Shown here: piece by piece, positions 1 through 9,476 of the stretch
Layout of the letters: each line of letters opens with the position of its first letter
How positions within the stretch are numbered: the stretch's first letter is position 1
Assembly: GCF_004010195.1 (NCBI RefSeq)
Contig: NC_057760.1
Location: forward strand, 4,308,615-4,328,614
Reading direction: 5' to 3'
DNA: 20,000 nucleotides
Origin: Chiloscyllium plagiosum
Taxonomy: Eukaryota
Notes under the pieces: model-generated
What the model was told of the DNA's origin: nothing
The model's database searches: none
What the model saw: only the letters and a program-made list of their open reading frames with translations
Made by a program: the position numbers and the translations under genes

Positions 1-113
1 TACCAAACGCCTTCTTCACTATCTTATCTACCTGCGACCCTACCTTCAAGGAGCTATGAACCTGCACTCCAAGGTCTCTTTGTTCAGCAACACTCCCCAG
101 GACCTTACCATTA
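1..113 (-). mobile_element. CR1-clade LINE ORF2 fragment (post-RT C-terminal region), continues off the left edge
   Basis: Minus-strand translation LNGKVLGSVAEQRDLGVQVHSSLKVGSQVDKIVKKAFG, typical of CR1 ORF2 downstream of the RT core. Confidence 0.85.
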
Positions 114-1360
114 AGCACAAAGTATGTACATGCACAGGGAATACACAGCCACTTTTGGGACAGCGGCAATACACGGAGAACATGGAAGGGCATTCGGGCC
201 ATCACCGACCACAGAACAGCATCGCCTGCTTGTGCTGGTAATGCCTCCTTCCCAGATGAGCTAAACAACTTCTATTTTGAGGCACAAAATGATGTGGCGG
301 TGAGGAAGACTATCACCCCCCACCACCCCCACCCCATCACCTATGAGCAGGTGCTGTGTCTTACTTTGGCCAACGTGAGAAAAATCCTACATAGAGTTAA
401 CCCTGGCAGAGTGCTCAGAGGATGCTCCAACATAGTGTCAGATGTTTCATGGACACTTTTATGTCTCCATGAGCTGTGCCATAGTTCCAATGTGCTTCAA
501 AGGGCGCTATCATCGTCCCCGTGCTGAAGAAGTCTCCAGCGTCCTGTCTCAACAACTACTGCCCTGTTGCACTAACACCCATCATCATTAGGTGTTTTGA
601 GAGACTCATGATGAGGCATATTAAGACCCTGCTGCCCCCCTCACTGGGCACCTTGCAGTTCATGTTTCATCCCAACCGCTCAACTGATGATACCATTCCC
701 ACCACCCTCCATCTGGCCCTCACCCACCTGGAGAAGAAGGACACCTACATCAGATTACTGTTCATAGATTTCAGAGCTGCATTTATCACTACCATTCCTC
801 AGCACCTGATTGGAAAGCTGAGTCTGCTGGGCCTGAATCCCTCCCAGTGTGACTGGATCCTGGAGTTCCTGACTGGGAGCCCTCAGTCAGTCTGGATTGG
901 GAACAGCCTCTCCAACACCATCACACTGAGCACGGAGATCCCCACCCTTTCCCCACCCCTTCCCCACCCCTCCCCCCCCCTCCCCCTCCTCCCCCCTCCC
1001 AGGGCTGTGTGCTCAGTCCACTGCTGTTCATCCTGCTGACACATGATTGTGCAGCAATGCACACCTCGAATCACATCACGACTGTAGTGGGTCTCATCAG
1101 CATGAAACGATGAGTCAGCATACAGAGAGGAGGTGCAGCGGCTAGCGAACTGGTGCAGAACCAACAACTGACTCCGAATATGGACAAGATGAAAGAGATG
1201 GTTATTAATTTCATGATGGCACAGAGTGATCACTCTCCACTGGACATCAGTGGCTCCCCTGTGGAGATCGTGAACAGCACTAAACTTCTTGGCGTCCACC
1301 TGGCGGAGAATCTCACCTGGTCCCTCAACACCAGCTCCATAGACAAGACAGCCCAGCAGC
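114..1360 (+). mobile_element. Rex1/Babar-clade LINE RT fragment, degenerate and 3'-truncated
   Basis: Motifs [64 protein letters not shown]...KTAQQ, with frameshifts and stops. It ends abruptly at AQQ. Confidence 0.8.
941..1000. repeat. C-rich low-complexity tract inside the Rex RT, just before the QGCVL motif
   Basis: About 60 nt made almost entirely of C runs separated by single A or short T runs. Confidence 0.85.
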
Positions 1361-2090
1361 ATAAATCCCCAGGACCTGATCAGGTGTACCTGAGAACTCT
1401 GTGGGAAGCTACAGCAGTGATTGCTGGGCCTCTTGCTGAGATATTTGTATCATCGATAGTCACAGGTGAGGTGCAGGAAGACTGGAGGTTGGCAAACGTG
1501 GTGCCACTGTTTAAGAAGGGTGGTAAAGACAAGCCAGGGAACTATAGACCAGTGAGCCTGACCTCGGTGGTGGGCAAGTTGTTGGAGGGAATCCTGAGGG
1601 ACAGGATGTACATGTATTTGGAAAGGCAAGGACTGATTAGGGATAGTCGACATGCCTTTGTGCATGGGAAATCATGTCTCACAAACTTGATTGAGTTGTT
1701 TGAAGAAGTAACAAAGAAGATTGATGAGGGCAGAGCAATAGATGTGATCTATATGGATTTCAGTAAGGTGTTCGACAAGGTTCCCCATGGGAGACTGATT
1801 AGCAAGGTTAGATCTCATGGAATAGAGGGAGAACTAGCCATTTGGACATAGAACTGGCTCAAAGGTAGAAGACAGATCCTGGTGGTGGAGGGTTGCTTTT
1901 CAGACTGCAGGTCTGTGACCAGTGGAGTGCCACAAGGATTGGTGCTGGGTCCTCTACTTTTTGTCATTTGCGTAAATGATTTGGATGCGAGCATAAGAGG
2001 AACAGTTAGTAAGTCTGCAGACGACACCAAAATTGGAGATGTAGTGGACAGCGAAGAGGGTTACCTCAGATTACAACAGGATCTGGAAGA
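1361..2090 (+). mobile_element. CR1-clade LINE RT core fragment
   Basis: KSPGPDQVY, WRLANVVPLFKKG, PGNYRPVSLTSVVGK, KSCLTNL, DVIYMDFSKVFDKVPH, SGVPQGLVLGPLLF, SADDTKIG, ending at LQQDL. One in-frame stop at 1849-1851. Confidence 0.92.
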
Positions 2091-2294
2091 ATAGCAAACG
2101 GAATGACAAGGCTATCCTGCCGAGATGTCGACCAACTCGAGTCTGCGCTGGGCCCATTCAATTGAACTCTTCAACAAGTGATAAGTAAAATAAGATATAA
2201 GAGAAAACAAAATGAGGAAAGAAAGAATAAAAAGAAAAGGAGACAAGTCCCAGGCTCAAAAACCCTAATTCACCATCATCTTGCTGGAAATCAA

Positions 2295-3130
2295 TGGCTA
2301 CAAGAGCAGGTCAGAGGTTGGGAATCTGCGGTGAGTCCCTCAGCCCCAGACTCCATAAAGCTTGTCCACCATCTACAAGTCACAAGTCAGGAGTGTGATT
2401 GAATACTCCCCACTTGCCTGGATGGGTCCATCTCCAACAACACTCAAGAAATAACTGGATTAAATAACTCCACAGAGGCCAGTATCCCGTCACCAAGTCA
2501 CCTTTTATTTACACGTGCATAGTCCTTAACACTGATCCAGCTCCCTCAGAGCCACCTCTCAGAGTGAGCAGAACCCTGACATACCTGTTATGTCTGTCAG
2601 CCAGGGCTTTCTGATTGGACCGGTTAACAGCCCCAATCAGGGAATGTATATTGAATGAGCTTCACCTGGCAACTTTATTACAATCACTTTGCTTAACGCC
2701 ATCCAGGCCAAAGCATGCTTGATTGGTATTATATCCACAGGAATCCACACCCCCTACCACTGACCCTTAATACAACAATGTGTACTACTATAAGATGCAG
2801 TGCAGAAAATCACCAAGGATCCTCAGACAACACCTTCCAAACCCACGACCAGTTCCACCTAGAAGGACAAGGGCAGCAAATACATGGGAACACCACCACG
2901 TTCAAATTCCCCTCCAAGACACTCAGCATTCCGACTTGGAAATATATCGCTGTTCCTTCAGTGTCACTGGGTCAAAATCCTGGAATTCCCTCCCTAAGGG
3001 CAGTGAGTGTCAACCCATAACACATGGACTGCAATAAATCAAGAAGGCAGCTCACCCCTATCTTCTTGAGGGGCAGTTAAGGATGGAAAATAAACATTGA
3101 TCCAGCCAATGCACACATCCCATGAATTTA
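2295..3130 (+). mobile_element. 3' end of a different CR1/L2-group LINE (degenerate ORF2 C-terminus and 3' UTR)
   Basis: Recognisable remnants LSTIYK.QVRSV.EYSPLAW, YKMQC, RRTRAA, SFSVTGSKSWNSLP. Interrupted between 2450 and 2691. Exact clade not determined. Confidence 0.7.
2451..2690 (-). mobile_element. Short solo-LTR-like insertion
   Basis: Splits the host LINE reading (CTCAAGAA | GCTTAACGCCATCCAG). Contains inverted CCAAT boxes (CTGATTGG...CCAATCAG) and a minus-strand AATAAA near 2504-2509. Termini are degraded and no TSD is visible. Confidence 0.55.
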
Positions 3131-3329
3131 CTTTTTTTAAAAAGGCTGCTCTACACTGCATCATGTTGAGACCAGAGTTCAATCAGGGCAGGGTAGTCAC
3201 CTCAGAAAAAGAGCTGAGTGAAACCTCAGACAAGCTTGAGGGATGGAACTGCAGGTGATCTGGGGTCTTCCCTGCAAGGACAGGAAACGCTGACCATTCT
3301 AATTTCAATTCCCAGAAAAAGGTGCTGCC

Positions 3330-3435
3330 ACATGTGTGCTTGTGTGTAATTGTGCATGTGTATATATGTGCTATGTCTATATGTGCATAGGTTCGTGTAA
3401 GTGCATATGTGCATACATGTCTGTACATGTATGTG
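3330..3435. repeat. Degenerate (TG/TA/CA)n microsatellite
   Basis: Alternating purine-pyrimidine tract, e.g. tgtgtgcttgtgtgtaattgtgcatgtgtatatatgtg. Confidence 0.8.
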
Positions 3436-3574
3436 GAGGTCAGGGAGAAAGGAACTTCAAAGGATATAGCATCACATCATTTTCCCTCAGCTTTTACCAG
3501 CACAGACACTATCTCATCAGTGAGTACATGCTCACGAGTAAATTCAAGGCCACAACTAGAGTAGACTAGAGTAG

Positions 3575-3800
3575 ATTTCATTTGCCATTTCTATCATATA
3601 CAACCAATAAAGTAAAAAACAAGACAGCGTTCCTCCAGGACCAAGGTGCTACATGGACAGCACAAACTACACAATCATACCAAAGTTGGCATAAAGTACA
3701 TAAGAAGTGCAAAACATGCATAACTCAGTCTAAACATTCAAAATGTCACCTGTTCAGCTATCAGAGGAGTGTAGGAGGTCAGACCAAGCTGAGTTTGGAC
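3575..3800 (-). mobile_element. Possible LINE 3' UTR remnant (Rex-like)
   Basis: Resembles, from memory only, reverse-oriented fish Rex-type 3' UTRs (CGTTCCTCCAGGACCAAGGTGC). Preceded by a 10-nt tandem duplication (ACTAGAGTAG x2). No protein motif. Confidence 0.3.
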
Positions 3801-3841
3801 AATGGAGGACTCCATCCAGAATGTTGCTACATTCATGTTAT

Positions 3842-4212
3842 ATAATACAATACAGCACAGGAAGGGTCCTTCGGCCCATCAAACCGGCACGAATTCTAAT
3901 CCATATTTAGACTCACTACTTATTGAACTTATGGTTCACTACTTATGGTTTCTTTCGTTCTGTTCGTCTCCTGTCAATGTGTCTATCAAGATAAACTTTA
4001 AACATTGCTAACATGCCTGCTTCCATTGTTTCCACTGGTAATGTGTTCCAGGCACCCACAACCCTCCATGTAAAAAAGTTTCCCCCCACTTCTCTCCTAA
4101 ACATTCCTCCTCTCACCTTGAACCTATGCCTTTTTGAAGTTGATCTTTCCACCCTGGGAAAAAGCCTCTGACCATCCAACCTATCTATGCCTCTCAATTT
4201 TGTAAACCTCTG
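3842..4212 (-). mobile_element. 5'-truncated CR1 3' end
   Basis: ORF 3943..4242 reads RGIDRLDGQRLFP...FFTWRVVGAWNTLP...FKVYLDRH. The 3' tail carries the GGTCCTTCGGCCC motif. Confidence 0.88.
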
Positions 4213-4329
4213 TTTCGCATGTGGGCTCTTTGATTGTGTCATAGAGTCCTACAGCATGGTGACAGGACTTTAGCACAACTGGTCCATGCCGACCAAAATG
4301 TCCATCCACACCAATGTCATTGCCCTGCA

Positions 4330-6430
4330 CTTCACCCATATTATTCTCAACCTTACCTATCCATGTATTTGTCCAAATGCCTTTTACACGTTGTTAATAT
4401 ACCTGCCTCAACCACTTCTGTTGGCTGCTCATTCCATATGCATACCACCCTCTGTGTAAAAATGTTGCCCCTCAAGTTCCCTTTTTATTCTTTCCCCTCT
4501 AACCTTAAACTGATGTCCTCTAGTCCTCAATTCCTCAATTCTGGGAAAAAGACAGTGCATTCACCTTAACCATGCCTCTCATGATATTATGCATCTCTGA
4601 AAGGTCCCCGTTCAGTCTCTTATGGTCTGAAGAAATAAGTCCTGGCTTGTCCAACCTCTCCCTATAACTCAGACACTTGAGTCCTGGCAACACCCTTGTA
4701 AATTTCTTCTGAATTCTTTCCAGTTTAATTCCATCCTTCATATAGCAAGGTGACCAAAACTGAACACAATACTCCAAGTGCGGCCTCACCAACGTCTGTA
4801 CAAATGCAATATAACACAATAGCACATAATAGCACAAAGCCATGCTAACTACTCCTAATCAAACACTGCCTTTCCAAATGTATGTATATCTTATCTCTCA
4901 ATCTTCTCAAGTAACCTACGCACCACAGATGTTAGACTTACTGGTCTATATTTCCCAGGCTTTTCTTGCAGCCCTTCTTGAACAAGGGCACAACATTCAC
5001 TACCCTCCAGCATTCTGGGACCTCACCCGAGGCTAACGATGATGCAAAAATATCAGCCAGAAACTGGCAATTTTTTTCTCTAGCGTCTTGCAGTGATCTT
5101 GAATATATCTGATCAGGACCAAGAGATTTATCCACCTTTATACATTCTAATACATCCAACACCTCCTCTACTGTGATATGGACTGTCCCCAAGATATCAC
5201 CACGAACTTCCCCAAGTTCCCAATCTTCATGTCTTTCTCCATGATAAACCAAGGAAAAATATTCATTGAGGACCTCGCCCATTTCCTGTGGTTCCACATA
5301 TACATCGCCACTTTGGTCCTTGAAGGACTCTATTCTCTCTCTAGTTTTCTTTTTCCTTTAATATACTGAAAGAACATCTTTGGGATTCACCCTAATTTTC
5401 TCAGCCAAGGCTATCTTGTGTCTCCTTTTTGCCTTCCTAATTTCCTTTGTCAGTAAACCCCAGCATTCCCTATATAATTCCAGGGATTTCCATGATCCCA
5501 GCTGCCTGTAAATGAGCGATAACTTCTTCTGTTTTCTGGTCAAAGCCTCCATATCTCTTGTCATCCAGGGCTCCCTATTCCTGCCAACTTTGTTCTTCAT
5601 CCTCACAGGAACATGTAGACCGTGAACTCTAGTTATCTTACTTTTAAAGGCCTCCCACTTGCCAGAGGTCCCTTTACCTGCAAACAAATTACTCCAATCA
5701 ATCTCTGCAAGCTCCTGTCTAATTCCATTAAAATTCTCCTTGCCCCAGTTTTGGACTTGAACCTGTAGACCAGTTTTGTCCCTCTTCATAACTATTTTAA
5801 AAATTAATAGAATTATGGCGACTGGGCCCACAGTGCTCCCCACTGTCACCTCTGTCACCTGTCCTGCCCTATTTCCCAAGAGTAGTTCAGGTTTTGCCCC
5901 TTCCCAAACAGGACCCCGCTGAGGAAACTTTCCTGAATGCACTTAACAAATTCCACCCCATCTAAGTCCTTAATACTCTGGCAGTCTCTGTCTATGTGAA
6001 AAAAATTAAAATCCCCTACTATGACAACCCTGTTGCTCCTGTAAGTCTTCCCAATCTCCCTGCATAGTAGTTCCTCTAATTCCCATTGACTATTTGGGAC
6101 TATCTAGTACAACCCCAATAACATCACCATCGCCTTCTTATTTCTTAGCTCCACCCACAAAGCCTCACTGGATGATTCTTCAGTTATTTCATCTTTGACT
6201 ACTACTGTGATACTCGCCTTAATCAAAAATGCAACTCCCCCACCTCTCCTTCCACCACCTCTGTCCCGCATAAAGCACCTATACCCTGGCACATTAAGCT
6301 GCCAGTCCTGTCCCTCTCTGAGCCATGTTTTGTGGTAGCTTTAATGTCCCAACCCAATGTACCTATCCACTCCCTGAGTTCACCGGCCTTACCTGTAAGC
6401 CTCTTTGCATTGAAATAAATGCATTTTGAT
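4330..6430 (-). pseudogene. CR1 ORF2p (APE endonuclease and partial RT), frameshifted
   Basis: KCIYFNA, PGYRCFMRDR..RGGGVAFLIK, EALWVELRNKK, PWMT, DKSLGPDQIY, WRVVNVVPLFKKG, VRPHLEYCVQFWSP. Confidence 0.88.
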
Positions 6431-6550
6431 CCAAAAGGCATTCCTTGTTCCATCCTGACCTGTCTCTTCAACTTACTATTTCTGATTACTGTATCCCCTT
6501 CCAGTCTCACATCTATCTCCCTGCTTTTGAGGATCCCAACCCCCTGCCAA

Positions 6551-7481
6551 TCTAATTTAAACCCTCCCTTGCAACACTAGCAAATCTGGCCGCCATGATA
6601 TTGATCCCCTTCTATTTCAGGTGCAACCCATCCTTCCTAAACAGTTCACCTCTGCCCCAAATAAAATCCCAATGATCTAAAAATGTGAATCGCTGCCCCC
6701 TGCACCAATTCTTTAGCCAGGTATTCATCCACCATATCCTCCCATTCTTACCCTCACTAGCACATGGCATTGGAAGCAATCTGGAGATTATCACTGATAA
6801 GATGCTGGTTTTTAACTTTATTCCAAGCTCTCTACAATCACTCTGCAGGACCTCATCCCTATTTCTACCTATGTCATTTGTGACAACGTGCACAATGATT
6901 TCTGGCCTCTCCGTGTCCGCCTTGAGAACATGATGCAGCTGCTCAGAGACATCCTGGACCCTAGCACCTGGCAGGCAACACAACATCCTGGATTCCTGTT
7001 TGATGCCACAAAATCTCATATTTGTCCCCCAAACTATGGAGTCTCCTATCACTGTGGTGCTGTTTACCTTTATCCTTTTCCACTGTGCTCCAGAGCCAGT
7101 CGTAGTGCCACCAACGTGGCTACTGCTGCTTTCCCCTGAATGGTCATCCCTTCCATCAGTATCCAAAACAGTATACTTGTTTTTGAGGGGAATGGCCACA
7201 GGGGATTCCTGCACTCTCTACCTACTCCCTCTGCCTTTCCTGGTGGTCACCCAGCTACTCTTTGCCTGCACTTTAGGTGTGACCATTTCATTACAACTCT
7301 TATCTATGAAGTGCTCAATATCTTGGATGATCCTGAGACCATCCAGCTCCAGCGCCCTAACACGGTCTCCTAGGAGCTGCAGCTGGATGCACTTCCCACA
7401 CGTGTAGTCATCAGAGAAAATGGAAGTCCCCCTGAGCTCCCAGATCTTGCAAGAGGAACATGTGACTGTCCTAACTGACAT
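6551..7481 (-). pseudogene. CR1 ORF1p: zinc finger/coiled coil plus SGNH-type esterase, disrupted by stops
   Basis: MSVRTVTCSSC..WE...CGKCIQLQLL, then blocks GDSIV, PGARVQD, HVVTND and DGLHL. The ORF-track pieces 7218..7481 and 6612..7214 are in frame, separated by one stop. Confidence 0.88.
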
Positions 7482-7829
7482 CTTAATTGCTGTAAGACTA
7501 AAGAGGAAAGTTAAATGGACTTTATCTGAGCTTACCTGTACTTTTTGCTGATCTGCTGCTGTCTGAAGCCTCTCAAGCCAAAGCCTTCCTTCTTACTCTG
7601 CTACCAACAAACTTTGCAATAGCACATCTCTCTGTCCCTCCACTTTTTTTTTTAATTAGAGGAGGAGAAAAGGAGGGAGATTGAAAGATTTCCAACTCTT
7701 TATGTTTCCATTCAGGATTGGTGACCCTCTTTCTGACTGTTCGGCACTGGGTGGGTGAAATGGATGGTTGAATATATATTTATGAACTTACTTGCAGGTT
7801 CACTTCCTAATAATAATAGCCATCATCCA

Positions 7830-7871
7830 TTTATTGCTCCAAACCTTTCGAGTGTTAGCTGGAGCAATAAA
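7830..7871. repeat. Perfect 12-bp inverted repeat (hairpin)
   Basis: TTTATTGCTCCA (7830-7841) and TGGAGCAATAAA (7860-7871) with an 18-nt spacer. Confidence 0.85.
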
Positions 7872-8305
7872 CATTCAGGCCCCAATCTTCTCTCAAATGT
7901 GAGAACTCACCATTGGTACCTGGAATTTCTTTGTTATCCTGTCACCATTTATTTATTCCTGACCAAGTAGGAATGGTGATTAGGCAGACTATTCATCTGC
8001 TCAATGTCGCCCATAAATGCTCAGTGCTGTTTCCACTTTAGAACATTTCCTTTACCTCATCATCCCCAAACAGTGCCCTTGTTACCAGCTTAGTGCTTCA
8101 CTTAATGTAATTATCTTCTAATGCAGATAAAATTCAGATAATCTAAGTAAAGCATCAGACAGCAATCATCATACTGTAACAACTACACCCCCCCAACACA
8201 GGAAAAACTGAAGGATCAACATAAACTTCCAGCAGAATGTTTGATATGTTGTTCAACAATGAGTTGTACTACACCTTACTCTCGAATACAAACACAAGGT
8301 AGAAA

Positions 8306-8535
8306 TTAAGACCAGGAATAGGCCATTCAGCCCTTCAAGTGTGCTTTACCATTAATACAGTCCCCTGTTCCTGCTTTCTCCCCATTACCTTTGATCTTTA
8401 GCCTCTCCTTGAAAACATTCAATGTTTTGGTCTCAACCACTTCTGAGCAGTGATTTCCACAGGCTCACCACTCTCTGGGTTTCAGTCCTAAATGGCCTAT
8501 TCATTATTCTTACACTGTGACCCTGGTTCTGGATT
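8306..8535 (-). mobile_element. Older CR1 family, 3' tail portion (continues at about 11696)
   Basis: Tail motif GGAATAGGCCATTCAGCCC and a FHRLTTLW-type antisense signature (TTCCACAGGCTCACCACTCTCTGGGT). Cut at about 8535 by a younger CR1. Confidence 0.7.
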
Positions 8536-8949
8536 AGAACAAGAACAAAGAACCTTACATGTGCGAGAACAGGCCCTTCGACCGTCTAAGCCCGCACTGA
8601 TCCAGATCTTCTATCTAAACTTGCCACCTATTTTCTGAGGATCTATATCCCTTTGCTCCCTGCCCATTCATATAACTATCTAGATACATCTTAAATGATG
8701 CCATTGTTCCCACCCCTACTTCCTCCACTGGCAACACATTCCAGGCACCCACCACCCTCTGCGTGAAGAACTTTCCACGTATATCTGCCGTAAACCTTTC
8801 CCCTCTCACTTTGAACTCGTGAACTCTGGTAATTGAGTGCTCCACTCCTGGAAAAAAGTTTCTTGCTATCCACCCTGTCTATACCTCTCATGATTTTGTA
8901 GGCGTCAATCAGGTCTCCCCTCAACTTCCTTCTTTCCAATGAAAATAAT

Positions 8950-9476
8950 TTGAATTTGTGAATTTGTACTTGCAGAGTTACATTGCACTTTGCTCAAAAA
9001 CTGCATACATTCATGTATAACTCTGAGCTCAAAAACTGCATGAATTTATGTAAAACTCTGTTATCTCACTTTTTAGATTAGAATCAATCTAAACATCAGG
9101 TCATAGACAGAGAACACAGGGGGCTAACACCTTCAACATATTGTCTAGCTATCACCATTGTTAACAGCTAACCTGAGAATGCAACTTTAAAAAGAAAGGG
9201 TTTTGTGATTTACACATGAAAGAAGTGAAACTATCACTGTCTTCTAACAGGTGAAAGGCTTAACAGACAATCAATTTTTCAATGTATAATTTCAGTTACA
9301 TCACACTGCAAATTTTTGCTATAAATTCTGTGTTACGATCGAGCCCTCCACAACCACCTGATGAAGGAGCGTCGCTCCGAAAGCTAGTGCTTCCAATTAA
9401 ACCTGTTGGACTATAACCTGGTGTTGTGTGATTTTTAACTTTGTACACCCCAGTCCAACACCGGCATCTCCAAATC
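8950..9476 (+). mobile_element. Non-coding Penelope-like terminal repeat (pLTR/3' UTR) insertion with an 11-bp TSD
   Basis: Flanked by ATGAAAATAAT at 8939-8949 and 9477-9487, interrupts CR1 ORF2, and contains a PLE-type minimal hammerhead. The PLE assignment is inferred from the ribozyme type. Confidence 0.75.
9355..9389 (+). ncRNA. Minimal type I hammerhead ribozyme motif
   Basis: CAC-CTGATGA-A-GGAGC-gtc-GCTCC-GAAA-GC-TA-GTG: conserved core, 5-bp stem II, 3-bp stem I (CAC/GTG), palindromic AGCT in place of stem III. Confidence 0.8.

Larger units (their letters stand above)
4236..7690 (-). mobile_element. Near full-length degenerate CR1 LINE (5' UTR, ORF1, ORF2, 3' tail) with an internal RT deletion
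   Basis: Collinear minus-strand remnants: ORF1 zinc finger and esterase, APE endonuclease, start of the RT, VRPHLEYCVQFWSP C-terminus, then the tail near 4240. The 5' boundary is approximate. Confidence 0.9.

Noticed and set aside
1153..1851. 232-aa ORF as a novel chimeric reverse transcriptase
   Set aside because: It is a chance in-frame join of a Rex RT C-terminal piece and a CR1 RT N-terminal piece, in non-functional order and lacking the catalytic ADD motif.
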